A stretch of DNA of 64,000 nt from Auanema rhodensis (taxonomy: Eukaryota > Animalia > Nematoda): contig OZ059899.1 in the NCBI GenBank assembly GCA_964057225.1, forward strand, positions 19,096,001-19,160,000. The letters are read 5' to 3'. Position numbers and translations under genes: made by a program. How positions within the stretch are numbered: position 1 is the first letter of the stretch; every line of letters begins with the position of its first letter. The notes beneath the pieces were generated by a model, which was not told the DNA's origin, did no database searches, and saw nothing but the letters and a program-made list of their open reading frames with translations. Positions 1 through 14,989 of this stretch are shown here, piece after piece.

Positions 1-128
1 AAAAGTAGATGTTTTTAGATTCCTTTTTTCAAGGCAAAGACGATGGACAATGTTATTCAACGAAAAAATTAATTCTCCAGGGTGAAAATCGAGGATGTAA
101 GTGTGAACTTATATCAGTTGATATCTCG

Positions 129-198
129 GTGCATTTTTAAGCTAGCGCAAATCTGATAACACAGATCGACGCAGCTTAAAAATCCGCATCGAATGCAC
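129..198. repeat. Nested inverted repeats within each 351-bp monomer (first copy given)
   Basis: ATTTTTAAGCT (133-143) pairs perfectly with AGCTTAAAAAT (173-183). Inner pair ATCTG (151-155)/CAGAT (162-166). Alternative pair GTGCATT (129-135)/AATGCAC (192-198). Confidence 0.9.
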
Positions 199-266
199 TA
201 TACAACATTGAGAAACGCTTAATACAAAAATAAGTTATGATCGTTTGAAAAATGATGCATTAGTGT

Positions 267-294
267 ATGTTGAGTTTCCATGTACACTCAACAT
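267..294. repeat. 9-bp-stem, 10-nt-loop hairpin in each 351-bp monomer (first copy given)
   Basis: ATGTTGAGT-TTCCATGTAC-ACTCAACAT. Confidence 0.9.
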
Positions 295-3200
295 TGCTTC
301 CAAAAACATTTTGACAAAAATTTTTCCGAAAAATTTCAAAATAATTTCGCAAAAAGTAGATGTTTTTAGATTCCTTTTTTCAAGGCAAAGACGATGGACA
401 ATGTTATTCAACGAAAAAATTAATTCTCCAGGGTGAAAATCGAGGATGTAAGTGTGAACTTATATCAGTTGATATCTCGGTGCATTTTTAAGCTAGCGCA
501 AATCTGATAACACAGATCGACGCAGCTTAAAAATCCGCATCGAATGCACTATACAACATTGAGAAACGCTTAATACAAAAATAAGTTATGATCGTTTGAA
601 AAATGATGCATTAGTGTATGTTGAGTTTCCATGTACACTCAACATTGCTTCCAAAAACATTTTGACAAAAATTTTTCCGAAAAATTTCAAAATAATTTCG
701 CAAAAAGTAGATGTTTTTAGATTCCTTTTTTCAAGGCAAAGACGATGGACAATGTTATTCAACGAAAAAATTAATTCTCCAGGGTGAAAATCGAGGATGT
801 AAGTGTGAACTTATATCAGTTGATATGTCGGTGCATTTTTAAGCTAGCGCAAATCTGATAACACAGATCGACGCAGCTTAAAAATCCGCATCGAATGCAC
901 TATACAACATTGAGAAACGCTTAATACAAAAATAAGTTATGATCGTTTGAAAAATGATGCATTAGTGTATGTTGAGTTTCCATGTACACTCAACATTGCT
1001 TCCAAAAACATTTTGACAAAAATTTTTCCGAAAAATTTCAAAATAGTTTCGCAAAAAGTAGATGTTTTTAGATTCCTTTTTTCAAGGCAAAGACGATGGA
1101 CAATGTTATTCAACGAAAAAATTAATTCTCCAGGGTGAAAATCGAGGATGTAAGTGTGAACTTATATCAGTTGATATCTCGGTGCATTTTTAAGCTAGCG
1201 CAAATCTGATAACACAGATCGACGCAGCTTAAAAATCCGCATCGAATGCACTATACAACATTGAGAAACGCTTAATACAAAAATTAGTTATGATCGTTTG
1301 AAAAATGATGCATTAGTGTATGTTGAGTTTCCATGTACACTCAACATTGCTTCCAAAAACATTTTGACAAAAATTTTTCCGAAAAATTTCAAACTAATTT
1401 CGCAAAAAGTAGATGTTTTTAGATTTCTTTTTTCAAGGCAAAGACGATGGACAATGTTATTCAACGAAAAAATTAATTCTCCAGGGTGAAAATCGAGGAT
1501 GTAAGTGTGAACTTATATCAGTTGATATCTCGGTGCATTTTTAAGCTAGCGCAAATCTGATAACACAGATCGACGCAGCTTAAAAATCCGCATCGAATGC
1601 ACTATACAACATTGAGAAACGCTTAATACAAAAATAAGTTATGATCGTTTGAAAAATGATGCATTAGTGTATGTTGAGTTTCCATGTACACTCAACATTG
1701 CTTCCAAAAACATTTTGACAAAAATTTTTCCGAAAAATTTCAAAATAATTTCGCAAAAAGTAGATGTTTTTAGATTCTTTTTTTCAAGGCAAAGACGATG
1801 GACAATGTTATTCAACGAAAAAATTAATTCTCCAGGGTGAAAATCGAGGATGTAAGTGTGAACTTATATCAGTTGATATCTCGGTGCATTTTTAAGCTAG
1901 CGCAAATCTGATAACACAGATCGACGCAGCTTAAAAATCCGCATCGAATGCACTATACAACATTGAGAAACGCTTAATACAAAAATTAGTTATGATCGTT
2001 TGAAAAATGATGCATTAGTGTATGTTGAGTTTCCATGTACACTCAACATTGCTTCCAAAAACATTTTGACAAAAATTTTTCCGAAAAATTTCAAAATAAT
2101 TTCGCAAAAAGTAGATGTTTTTAGATTCCTTTTTTCAAGGCAAAGACGATGGACAATGTTATTCAACGAAAAAATTAATTCTCCAGGGTGAAAATCGAGG
2201 ATGTAAGTGTGAACTTATATCAGTTGATATCTCGGTGCATTTTTAAGCTAGCGCAAATCTGATAACACAGATCGACGCAGCTTAAAAATCCGCATCGAAT
2301 GCACTATACAACATTGAGAAACGCTTAATACAAAAATAAGTTATGATCGTTTGAAAAATGATGCATTAGTGTATGTTGAGTTTCCATGTACACTCAACAT
2401 TGCTTCCAAAAACATTTTGACAAAAATTTTTCCGAAAAATTTCAAAATAATTTCGCAAAAAGTAGATGTTTTTAGATTCCTTTTTTCAAGGCAAAGACGA
2501 TGGACAATGTTATTCAACGAAAAAATTAATTCTCCAGGGTGAAAATCGAGGATGTAAGTGTGAACTTATATCAGTTGATATCTCGGTGCATTTTTAAGCT
2601 AGCGCAAATCTGATAACACAGATCGACGCAGCTTAAAAATCCGCATCGAATGCACTATACAACATTGAGAAACGCTTAATACAAAAATTAGTTATGATCG
2701 TTTGAAAAAAGATGCATTAGTGTAAGTTGAGTTTCCATGTACACTCAACATTGCTTCCAAAAACATTTTGACAAAAATTTTTCCGAAAAATTTCAAAATA
2801 ATTTCGCAAAAAGTAGATGTTTTCAGATTCCTTTTTTCAAGGCAAAGACGATGGACAAAGTTATTCAACGAAAAAATTAATTCTGCAGGGTGAAAATCGA
2901 GGATATAAGTGTGAACTTATATCAGTTGATATCTCGGTGCATTTTTAAGCTAGCGCAAATCTGATAACACAGATCGACGCAGCTTAAAAATCCGCATCGA
3001 ATGCACTATACAACATTGAGAAACGCTTAATACAAAAATTAGTTATGATCGTTTGAAAAATGATGCATTAGTGTATGTTGAGTTTCCATGTACACTCAAC
3101 ATTGCTTCCAAAAACATTTTGACAAAAATTTTTCCGAAAAATTTCAAAATAATTTCGCAAAAAGTAGATGTTTTTAGATTCCTTTTTTCAAGGCAAAGAC

Positions 3201-5099
3201 GATGGACAATGTTATTCAACGAAAAAATTAATTCTCCAGGGTGAAAATCGAGGATGTAAGTGTGAACTTATATCAGTTGATATCTCGGTGCATTTTTAAG
3301 CTAGCGCAAATCTGATAACACAGATCGACGCAGCTTAAAAATCCGCATCGAATGCACTATACAACATTGAGAAACGCTTAATACAAAAATAAGTTATGAT
3401 CGTTTGAAAAATGATGCATTAGTGTATGTTGAGTTTCCATGTACACTCAACATTGCTTCCAAAAACATTTTGACAAAAATTTTTCCGAAAAATTTCAAAA
3501 TAATTTCGCAAAAAGTAGATGTTTTTAGATTCCTTTTTTCAAGGCAAAGACGATGGACAATGTTATTCAACGAAAAAATTAATTCTCCAGGGTGAAAATC
3601 GAGGATGTAAGTGTGAACTTATATCAGTTGATATCTCGGTGCATTTTTAAGCTAGCGCAAATCTGATAACACAGATCGACGCAGCTTAAAAATCCGCATC
3701 GAATGCACTATACAACATTGAGAAACGCTTAATACAAAAATTAGTTATGATCGTTTGAAAAAAGATGCATTAGTGTATGTTGAGTTTCCATGTACACTCA
3801 ACATTGCTTCCAAAAACATTTTGACAAAAATTTTTCCGAAAAATTTCAAAATAATTTCGCAAAAAGTAGATGTTTTTAGATTCCTTTTTTCAAGGCAAAG
3901 ACGATGGACAATGTTATTCAACGAAAAAATTAATTCTCCAGGGTGAAAATCGAGGATGTAAGTGTGAACTTATATCAGTTGATATCTCGGTGCATTTTTA
4001 AGCTAGCGCAAATCTGATAACACAGATCGACGCAGCTTAAAAATCCGCATTGAATGCACTATACAACATTGAGAAACGCTTAATACAAAAATAAGTTATG
4101 ATCGTTTGAAAAATGATGCATTAGTGTATGTTGAGTTTCCATGTACACTCAACATTGCTTCCAAAAACATTTTGACAAAAATTTTTCCGAAAAATTTCAA
4201 AATAATTTCGCAAAAAGTAGATGTTTTCAGATTCCTTTTTTCAAGGCAAAGACGATGGACAAAGTTATTCAACGAAAAAATTAATTCTGCAGGGTGAAAA
4301 TCGAGGATATAAGTGTGAACTTATATCAGTTGATATCTCGGTGCATTTTTAAGCTAGCGCAAATCTGATAACACAGATCGACGCAGCTTAAACATCCGCA
4401 TCGAATGCACTATACAACATTGAGAAACGCTTAATACAAAAATTAGTTATGATCGTTTGAAAAATGATGCATTAGTGTATGTTGAGTTTCCATGTACACT
4501 CAACATTGCTTCCAAAAACATTTTGACAAAAATTTTTCCGAAAAATTTCAAAATAATTTCGCAAAAAGTAGATGTTTTTAGATTCCTTTTTTCAAGGCAA
4601 AGACGATGGACAATGTTATTCAACGAAAAAATTAATTCTCCAGGGTGAAAATCGAGGATGTAAGTGTGAACTTATATCAGTTGATATCTCGGTGCATTTT
4701 TAAGCTAGCGCAAATCTGATAACACAGATCGACGCAGCTTAAAAATCCGCATCGAATGCACTATACAACATTGAGAAACGCTTAATACAAAAATAAGTTA
4801 TGATCGTTTGAAAAATGATGCATTAGTGTATGTTGAGTTTCCATGTACACTCAACATTGCTTCAAAAAACATTTTGACAAAAATTTTTCCGAAAAATTTC
4901 AAAATAATTTCGCAAAAAGTAGATGTTTTTAGATTCCTTTTTTCAAGGCAAAGACGATGGACAATGTTATTCAACGAAAAAATTAATTCTCCAGGGTGAA
5001 AATCGAGGATGTAAATGTGAACTTATATCAGTTGATATCTCGGTGCATTTTTAAGCTAGCGCAAATCTGATAACACAGATCGACGCAGCTTAAAAATCC

Positions 5100-8000
5100 G
5101 CATCCAATGCACTATACAACATTGAGAAACGCTTGATACAAAAATTAGTTATGATCGTTTGAAAAAAGATGCATTAGTGTATGTTGAGTTTCCATGTACA
5201 CTCAACATTGCTTCCAAAAACATTTTGACAAAAATTTTTCCGAAAAATTTCAAAATAATTTCGCAAAAAGTAAATGTTTTTAGATTCCGTTTTTCAAGGC
5301 AAAGACGATGGACAATGTTATTCAACGAAAAAATTAATTCTGCAGAATGAAAATCGAGGATATAAGTGTGAACTTATATCAGTTGATATCTCGGTGCATT
5401 TTTAAGCTAGCGCAAATCTGATAACACAGATCGACGCAGCTTAAAAATCCGCATCGAATGCACTATACTACATTGAGAAACGCTTGATACAAAAATTAGT
5501 TATGATCGTTTGAAAAAAGATGCATTAGTGTATGTTGAGTTTCCATGTACACTCAACATTGCTTCCAAAAACATTTTGACAAAAATTTTTCCAAAAAATT
5601 TCAAAATAATTTCGCAAAAAGTAAATGTTTTTAGATTCCGTTTTTCAAGGCAAAGACGATGGACAATGTTATTCAACGAAAAAATTAATTCTGCAGAATG
5701 AAAATCGAGGATATAAGTGTGAACTTATATCAGTTGATATCTCGGTGCATTTTTAAGCTAGCGCAAATCTGATAACACAGATCGACGCAGCTTAAAAATC
5801 CGCATCGAATGCACTATACAACATTGAGAAACGCTTAATACAAAAATTAGTTATGATCGTTTGAAAAATGATGCATTAGTGTATGTTGAGTTTCCATGTA
5901 CACTCAACATTGCTTCCAAAAACATTTTGACAAAAATTTTTCCGAAAAATTTCAAAATAATTTCGCAAAAAGTAGATGTTTTTAGATTCCTTTTTTCAAG
6001 GCAAAGACGATGGACAATGTTATTCAATGAAAAAATTAATTCTCCAGGGTGAAAATCGAGGATGTAAGTGTGAACTTATATCAGTTGATATCTCGGTGCA
6101 TTTTTAAGCTAGCGCAAATCTGATAACACAGATCGACGCAGCTTAAAAAGCCGCATCGAAAGGACTATACAACATTGAGAAACGCATAATACAAAAATTA
6201 GTTATGATCGTTTGAAAAATGATGCATTAGTGTATGTTGAGTTTCCATGTACACTCAACATTGCTTCCAAAAACATTTTGACAAAACTTTTTCCGAAAAA
6301 TTTCAAAATAATTTCGCAAAAAGTAGATGTTTTTAGATTCCTTTTTTTAAGGCAAAGACGATGGACAAAGTTATTCAACGAAAAAATTAATTCTGCAGGG
6401 TGAAAATCGAGGATATAAGTGTGAACTTATATCAGTTGATATCTCGGTGCATTTTTAAGCTAGCGCAAATCTGATAACACAGATCGACGCAGCTTAAAAA
6501 TCAGCATCGAATGCACTATACAACATTGAGAAACGCTTAATACAAAAATTAGTTATGATCGTTTGAAAAATGATGCATTAGTGTATGTTGAGTTTCCATG
6601 TACACTCAACATTGCTTCCAAAAACATTTTGACAAAAATTTTTCCAAAAAATTTCAAAATAATTTCGCAAAAAGTAAATGTTTTTAGATTCCGTTTTTCA
6701 AGGCAAAGACGATGGACAATGTTATTCAACGAAAAAATTAATTCTGCAGAATGAAAATCGAGGATATAAGTGTGAACTTATATCAGTTGATATCTCGGTG
6801 CATTTTTAAGCTAGCGCAAATTTGATAACACAGATCGACGCAGCTTAAAAATCCGCATCGAATGCACTATACAACATTGAGAAACGCTTAATACAAAAAT
6901 TAGTTATGATCGTTTGAAAAAAGATGCATTAGTGTATGTTGAGTTTCCATGTACACTCAACATTGCTTCCAAAAACATTTTGACAAAACTTTTTCCGAAA
7001 AATTTCAGAATAATTTCGCAAAAAGTAGATGTTTTTAGATTCCTTTTTTCGAGGCAAAGACGATGGACAATGTTATTCAACGAAAAAATTAATTCTCCAG
7101 GGTGAAAATCGAGGATGTAAGTGTGAACTTATATCAGTTGATATCTCGGTGCATTTTTAAGCTAGCGCAAATCTGATAACACAGATCGACGCAGCTTAAA
7201 AATCCGCATCGAATGCACTATACAACATTGAGAAACGCTTAATACAAAAATTAGTTATGATCGTTTGAAAAAAGATGCATTAGTGTATGTTGAGTTTCCA
7301 TGTACACTCAACATTGCTTCCAAAAACATTTTGACAAAACTTTTTCCGAAAAATTTCAAAATAATTTCGCAAAAAGTAGATGTTTTTAGATTCCTTTTTT
7401 CAAGGCAAAGACGATGGACAATGTTATTCAACGAAAAAATTAATTCTCCAGGGTGAAAATCGAGGATGTAAGTGTGAACTTATATCAGTTGATATCTCGG
7501 TGCATTTTTAAGCTAGCGCAAATCTGATAACACAGATCGACGCAGCTTAAAAATCCGCATCCAATGCACTATACAACATTGAGAAACGCTTGATACAAAA
7601 ATTAGTTATGATCGTTTGAAAAAAGATGCATTAGTGTATGTTGAGTTTCCATGTACACTCAACATTGCTTCCAAAAACATTTTGACAAAAATTTTTCCGA
7701 AAAATTTCAAAATAATTTCGCAAAAAGTAAATGTTTTTAGATTCCGTTTTTCAAGGCAAAGACGATGGACAATGTTATTCAACGAAAAAATTAATTCTGC
7801 AGAATGAAAATCGAGGATATAAGTGTGAACTTATATCAGTTGATATCTCGGTGCATTTTTAAGCTAGCGCAAATCTGATAACACAGATCGACGCAGCTTA
7901 AAAATCCGCATCAAATGCACTATACTACATTGAGAAACGCTTGATACAAAAATTAGTTATGATCGTTTGAAAAAAGATGCATTAGTGTATGTTGAGTTTC

Positions 8001-9000
8001 CATGTACACTCAACATTGCTTCCAAAAACATTTTGACAAAAATTTTTCCAAAAAATTTCAAAATAATTTCGCAAAAAGTAAATGTTTTTAGATTCCGTTT
8101 TTCAAGGCAAAGACGATGGACAATGTTATTCAACGAAAAAATTAATTCTGCAGAATGAAAATCGAGGATATAAGTGTGAACTTATATCAGTTGATATCTC
8201 GGTGCATTTTTAAGCTAGCGCAAATCTGATAACACAGATCGACGCAGCTTAAAAATCCGCATCGAATGCACTATACAACATTGAGAAACGCTTAATACAA
8301 AAATTAGTTATGATCGTTTGAAAAATGATGCATTAGTGTATGTTGAGTTTCCATGTACACTCAACATTGCTTCCAAAAACATTTTGACAAAAATTTTTCC
8401 GAAAAATTTCAAAATAATTTCGCAAAAAGTAGATGTTTTTAGATTCCTTTTTTCAAGGCAAAGACGATGGACAATGTTATTCAATGAAAAAATTAATTCT
8501 CCAGGGTGAAAATCGAGGATGTAAGTGTGAACTTATATCAGTTGATATCTCGGTGCATTTTTAAGCTAGCGCAAATCTGATAACACAGATCGACGCAGCT
8601 TAAAAAGCCGCATCGAAAGGACTATACAACATTGAGAAACGCATAATACAAAAATTAGTTATGATCGTTTGAAAAATGATGCATTAGTGTATGTTGAGTT
8701 TCCATGTACACTCAACATTGCTTCCAAAAACATTTTGACAAAACTTTTTCCGAAAAATTTCAAAATAATTTCGCAAAAAGTAGATGTTTTTAGATTCCTT
8801 TTTTCAAGGCAAAGACGATGGACAAAGTTATTCAACGAAAAAATTAATTCTGCAGGGTGAAAATCGAGGATATAAGTGTGAACTTATATCAGTTGATATC
8901 TCGGTGCATTTTTAAGCTAGCGCAAATCTGATAACACAGATCGACGCAGCTTAAAAATCAGCATCGAATGCACTATACAACATTGAGAAACGCTTAATAC
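5100..9000. repeat. Block duplication at a 7-monomer offset (2457 bp) in the 351-bp array
   Basis: CATCCAATG near 5101 and 7558, the two 'SAE' monomers at 5159/5510 and 7616/7967, and the G marker at 6150 and 8607 are all offset by 2457 bp. Ends are approximate. Confidence 0.85.
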
Positions 9001-12000
9001 AAAAATTAGTTATGATCGTTTGAAAAATGATGCATTAGTGTATGTTGAGTTTCCATGTACACTCAACATTGCTTCCAAAAACATTTTGACAAAAATTTTT
9101 CCGAAAAATTTCAGAATAATTTCGCAAAAAGTAGATGTTTTTAGATTCCTTTTTTCGAGGCAAAGACGATGGACAATGTTATTCAACGAAAAAATTAATT
9201 CTCCAGGGTGAAAATCGAGGATGTAAGTGTGAACTTATATCAGTTGATATCTCGGTGCATTTTTAAGCTAGCGCAAATCTGATAACACAGATCGACGCAG
9301 CTTAAAAATCCGCATCGAATGCACTATACAACATTGAGAAACGCTTAATACAAAAATTAGTTATGATCGTTTGAAAAAAGATGCATTAGTGTATGTTGAG
9401 TTTCCATGTACACTCAACATTGCTTCCAAAAACATTTTGACAAAACTTTTTCCGAAAAATTTCAAAATAATTTCGCAAAAAGTAGATGTTTTTAGATTCC
9501 TTTTTTCAAGGCAAAGACGATGGACAATGTTATTCAACGAAAAAATTAATTCTGCAGGGTGAAAATCGAGGATATAAGTGTGAACTTATATCAGTTGATA
9601 TCTCGGTGCATTTTTAAGCTAGCGCAAATCTGATAACACAGATCGACGCAGCTTAAAAATCCGCATCGAATGCACTATACAACATTGAGAAACGCTTAAT
9701 ACAAAAATTAGTTATGATCGTTTGAAAAATGATGCATTAGTGTATGTTGAGTTTCCATGTACACTCAACATTGCTTCCAAAAACATTTTGACAAAAATTT
9801 TTCCAAAAAATTTCAAAATAATTTCGCAAAAAGTAGATGTTTTTAGATTTCTTTTTTCAAGGCAAAGACGATGGACAATGTTATTCAACGAAAAAATTAA
9901 TTCTCCAGGGTGAAAATCGAGGATGTAAGTGTGAACTTATATCAGTTGATATCTCGGTGCATTTTTAAGCTAGCGCAAATCTGATAACACAGATCGACGC
10001 AGCTTAAAAAGCCGCATCGAAAGGACTATACAACATTGAGAAACGCATAATACAAAAATTAGTTATGATCGTTTGAAAAATGATGCATTAGTGTATGTTG
10101 AGTTTCCATGTACACTCAACATTGCTTCCAAAAACATTTTGACAAAACTTTTTCCGAAAAATTTCAAAATAATTTCGCAAAAAGTAGATGTTTTTAGATT
10201 CCTTTTTTCAAGGCAAAGACGATGGACAAAGTTATTCAACGAAAAAATTAATTCTGCAGGGTGAAAATCGAGGATATAAGTGTGAACTTATATCAGTTGA
10301 TATCTCGGTGCATTTTTAAGCTAGCGCAAATCTGATAACACAGATCGACGCAGCTTAAAAATCAGCATCGAATGCACTATACAACATTGAGAAACGCTTA
10401 ATACAAAAATTAGTTATGATCGTTTGAAAAATGATGCATTAGTGTATGTTGAGTTTCCATGTACACTCAACATTGCTTCCAAAAACATTTTGACAAAAAT
10501 TTTTCCGAAAAATTTCAGAATAATTTCGCAAAAAGTAGATGTTTTTAGATTCCTTTTTTCGAGGCAAAGACGATGGACAATGTTATTCAACGAAAAAATT
10601 AATTCTCCAGGGTGAAAATCGAGGATGTAAGTGTGAACTTATATCAGTTGATATCTCGGTGCATTTTTAAGCTAGCGCAAATCTGATAACACAGATCGAC
10701 GCAGCTTAAAAATCCGCATCGAATGCACTATACAACATTGAGAAACGCTTAATACAAAAATTAGTTATGATCGTTTGAAAAAAGATGCATTAGTGTATGT
10801 TGAGTTTCCATGTACACTCAACATTGCTTCCAAAAACATTTTGACAAAACTTTTTCCGAAAAATTTCAAAATAATTTCGCAAAAAGTAGATGTTTTTAGA
10901 TTCCTTTTTTCAAGGCAAAGACGATGGACAATGTTATTCAACGAAAAAATTAATTCTGCAGGGTGAAAATCGAGGATATAAGTGTGAACTTATATCAGTT
11001 GATATCTCGGTGCATTTTTAAGCTAGCGCAAATCTGATAACACAGATCGACGCAGCTTAAAAATCCGCATCGAATGCACTATACAACATTGAGAAACGCT
11101 TAATACAAAAATTAGTTATGATCGTTTGAAAAATGATGCATTAGTGTATGTTGAGTTTCCATGTACACTCAACATTGCTTCCAAAAACATTTTGACAAAA
11201 ATTTTTCCAAAAAATTTCAAAATAATTTCGCAAAAAGTAGATGTTTTTAGATTTCTTTTTTCAAGGCAAAGACGATGGACAATGTTATTCAACGAAAAAA
11301 TTAATTCTCCAGGGTGAAAATCGAGGATGTAAGTGTGAACTTATATCAGTTGATATCTCGGTGCATTTTTAAGCTAGCGCAAATCTGATAACACAGATCG
11401 ACGCAGCTTAAAAAGCCGCATCGAAAGGACTATACAACATTGAGAAACGCATAATACAAAAATTAGTTATGATCGTTTGAAAAATGATGCATTAGTGTAT
11501 GTTGAGTTTCCATGTACACTCAACATTGCTTCCAAAAACATTTTGACAAAACTTTTTCCGAAAAATTTCAAAATAATTTCGCAAAAAGTAGATGTTTTTA
11601 GATTCCTTTTTTCAAGGCAAAGACGATGGACAAAGTTATTCAACGAAAAAATTAATTCTGCAGGGTGAAAATCGAGGATATAAGTGTGAACTTATATCAG
11701 TTGATATCTCGGTGCATTTTTAAGCTAGCGCAAATCTGATAACACAGATCGACGCAGCTTAAAAATCAGCATCGAATGCACTATACAACATTGAGAAACG
11801 CTTAATACAAAAATTAGTTATGATCGTTTGAAAAATGATGCATTAGTGTATGTTGAGTTTCCATGTACACTCAACATTGCTTCCAAAAACATTTTGACAA
11901 AAATTTTTCCGAAAAATTTCAGAATAATTTCGCAAAAAGTAGATGTTTTTAGATTCCTTTTTTCGAGGCAAAGACGATGGACAATGTTATTCAACGAAAA

Positions 12001-12860
12001 AATTAATTCTCCAGGGTGAAAATCGAGGATGTAAGTGTGAACTTATATCAGTTGATATCTCGGTGCATTTTTAAGCTAGCGCAAATCTGATAACACAGAT
12101 CGACGCAGCTTAAAAATCCGCATCGAATGCACTATACAACATTGAGAAACGCTTAATACAAAAATTAGTTATGATCGTTTGAAAAAAGATGCATTAGTGT
12201 ATGTTGAGTTTCCATGTACACTCAACATTGCTTCCAAAAACATTTTGACAAAACTTTTTCCGAAAAATTTCAAAATAATTTCGCAAAAAGTAGATGTTTT
12301 TAGATTCCTTTTTTCAAGGCAAAGACGATGGACAATGTTATTCAACGAAAAAATTAATTCTGCAGGGTGAAAATCGAGGATATAAGTGTGAACTTATATC
12401 AGTTGATATCTCGGTGCATTTTTAAGCTAGCGCAAATCTGATAACACAGATCGACGCAGCTTAAAAATCCGCATCGAATGCACTATACAACATTGAGAAA
12501 CGCTTAATACAAAAATTAGTTATGATCGTTTGAAAAATGATGCATTAGTGTATGTTGAGTTTCCATGTACACTCAACATTGCTTCCAAAAACATTTTGAC
12601 AAAAATTTTTCCAAAAAATTTCAAAATAATTTCGCAAAAAGTAGATGTTTTTAGATTTCTTTTTTCAAGGCAAAGACGATGGACAATGTTATTCAACGAA
12701 AAAATTAATTCTCCAGGGTGAAAATCGAGGATGTAAGTGTGAACTTATATCAGTTGATATCTCGGTGCATTTTTAAGCTAGCGCAAATCTGATAACACAG
12801 ATCGACGCAGCTTAAAAAGCCGCATCGAAAGGACTATACAACATTGAGAAACGCATAATA
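8607..12860. repeat. 4-monomer (1404-bp) higher-order repeat of the 351-bp satellite, 3 copies
   Basis: The linked variant AAAAAGCCGCATCGAAAGGAC...GCATAAT occurs at 8607, 10011, 11415 and 12819. The ORF variant pattern of 8669/9020/9371/9722 repeats at +1404 and +2808. Confidence 0.93.
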
Positions 12861-14989
12861 CAAAAATTAGTTATGATCGTTTGAAAAATGATGCATTAGT
12901 GTATGTTGAGTTTCCATGTACACTCAACATTGCTTCCAAAAACATTTTTACAAAAATTTTTCCGAAAAATTTCAAAATAATTTCGCAAAAAGTAGATGTT
13001 TTTAGATTCCTTTTTTCAAGGCAAAGACGATGGACAATGTTATTCAACGAAAAAATTAATTCTCCAGGGTGAAAATCGAGGATATAAGTGTGAACTTATA
13101 TCAGTTGATATCTCGGTGCATTTTTAAGCTAGCGCAAATCTGATAACACAGATCGACGCAGCTTAAAAATCCGCATCGAATGCACTATACTACATTGAGA
13201 AACGCTTAATACAAAAATTAGTTATGATCGTTTGAAAAAAGATGCATTAGTGTAAGTTGAGTTTCCATGTACACTCAACATTGCTTCCAAAAACATTTTG
13301 ACAAAAATTTTTCCGAAAAATTTCAAAATAATTTCGCAAAAAGTAGATGTTTTTAGATTCCTTTTTTCAAGGCAAAGACGATGGACAAAGTTATTCAACG
13401 AAAAAATTAATTCTGCAGGGTGAAAATCGAGGATATAAGTGTGAACTTATATCAGTTGATATCTCGGTGCATTTTTAAGCTAGCGCAAATCTGATAACAC
13501 AGATCGACGCAGCTTAAAAATCAGCATCGAATGCACTATACAACATTGAGAAACGCTTAATACAAAAATTAGTTATGATCGTTTGAAAAATGATGCATTA
13601 GTGTATGTTGAGTTTCCATGTACACTCAACATTGCTTCCAAAAACATTTTGACAAAAATTTTTCCGAAAAATTTCAAAATAATTTCGCAAAAAGTAGATG
13701 TTTTTAGATTCCTTTTTTCAAGGCAAAGACGATGGACAATGTTATTCAACGAAAAAATTAATTCTCCAGGGTGAAAATCGAGGATGTAAGTGTGAACTTA
13801 TATCAGTTGATATCTCGGTGCATTTTTAAGCTAGCGCAAATCTGATAACACAGATCGACGCAGCTTAAAAATCCGCATCGAATGCACTATACAACATTGA
13901 GAAACGCTTAATACAAAAATTAGTTATGATCGTTTGAAAAAAGATGCATTAGTGTAAGTTGAGTTTCCATGTACACTCAACATTGCTTCCAAAAACATTT
14001 TGACAAAAATTTTTCCGAAAAATTTCAAAATAATTTCGCAAAAAGTAGATGTTTTTAGATTTCTTTTTTCAAGGCAAAGACGATGGACAAAGTTATTCAA
14101 CGAAAAAATTAATTCTGCAGGGTGAAAATCGAGGATATAAGTGTGAACTTATATCAGTTGATATCTCGGTGCATTTTTAAGCTAGCGCAAATCTGATAAC
14201 ACAGATCGACGCAGCTTAAAAATCAGCATCGAATGCACCATACAACATTGAGAAACGCTTAATACAAAAATTAGTTATGATCGTTTGAAAAATGATGCAT
14301 TAGTGTATGTTGAGTTTCCATGTACACTCAACATTGCTTCCAAAAACATTTTGACAAAAATTTTTCCGAAAAATTTCAAAATAATTTCGCAAAAAGTAGA
14401 TGTTTTTAGATTCCTTTTTTCAAGGCAAAGACGATGGACAATGTTATTAAACGAAAAAATTAATTCTCCAGGGTGAAAATCGAGGATGTAAGTGTGAACT
14501 TATATCAGTTGATATCTCGGTGCATTTTTAAGCTAGCGCAAATCTGATAACACAGATCGACGCAGCTTAAAAAGCCGCATCGAAAGGACTATACAACATT
14601 GAGAAACGCATAATACAAAAATTAGTTATGATCGTTTGAAAAATGATGCATTAGTGTATGTTGAGTTTCCATGTACACTCAACATTGCTTCCAAAAACAT
14701 TTTGACAAAACTTTTTCCGAAAAATTTCAAAATAATTTCGCAAAAAGTAGATGTTTTTAGATTCTTTTTTTCAAGGCAAAGACGATGGACAATGTTATTC
14801 AACGAAAAAATTAATTCTGCAGGGTGAAAATCGAGGATATAAGTGTGAACTTATATCAGTTGATATCTCGGTGCATTTTTAAGCTAGCGCAAATCTGATA
14901 ACACAGATCGACGCAGCTTAAAAATCAGCATCGAATGCACTATACAACATTGAGAAACGCTTAATACAAAAATTAGTTATGATCGTTTG

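Noticed and set aside
1-351. 351-mer as a simple dimer of the 176-mer or of its own half
   Set aside because: The two halves do not visibly align with each other or collinearly with the whole 176-mer. Only the ~74-bp module and scattered words match.
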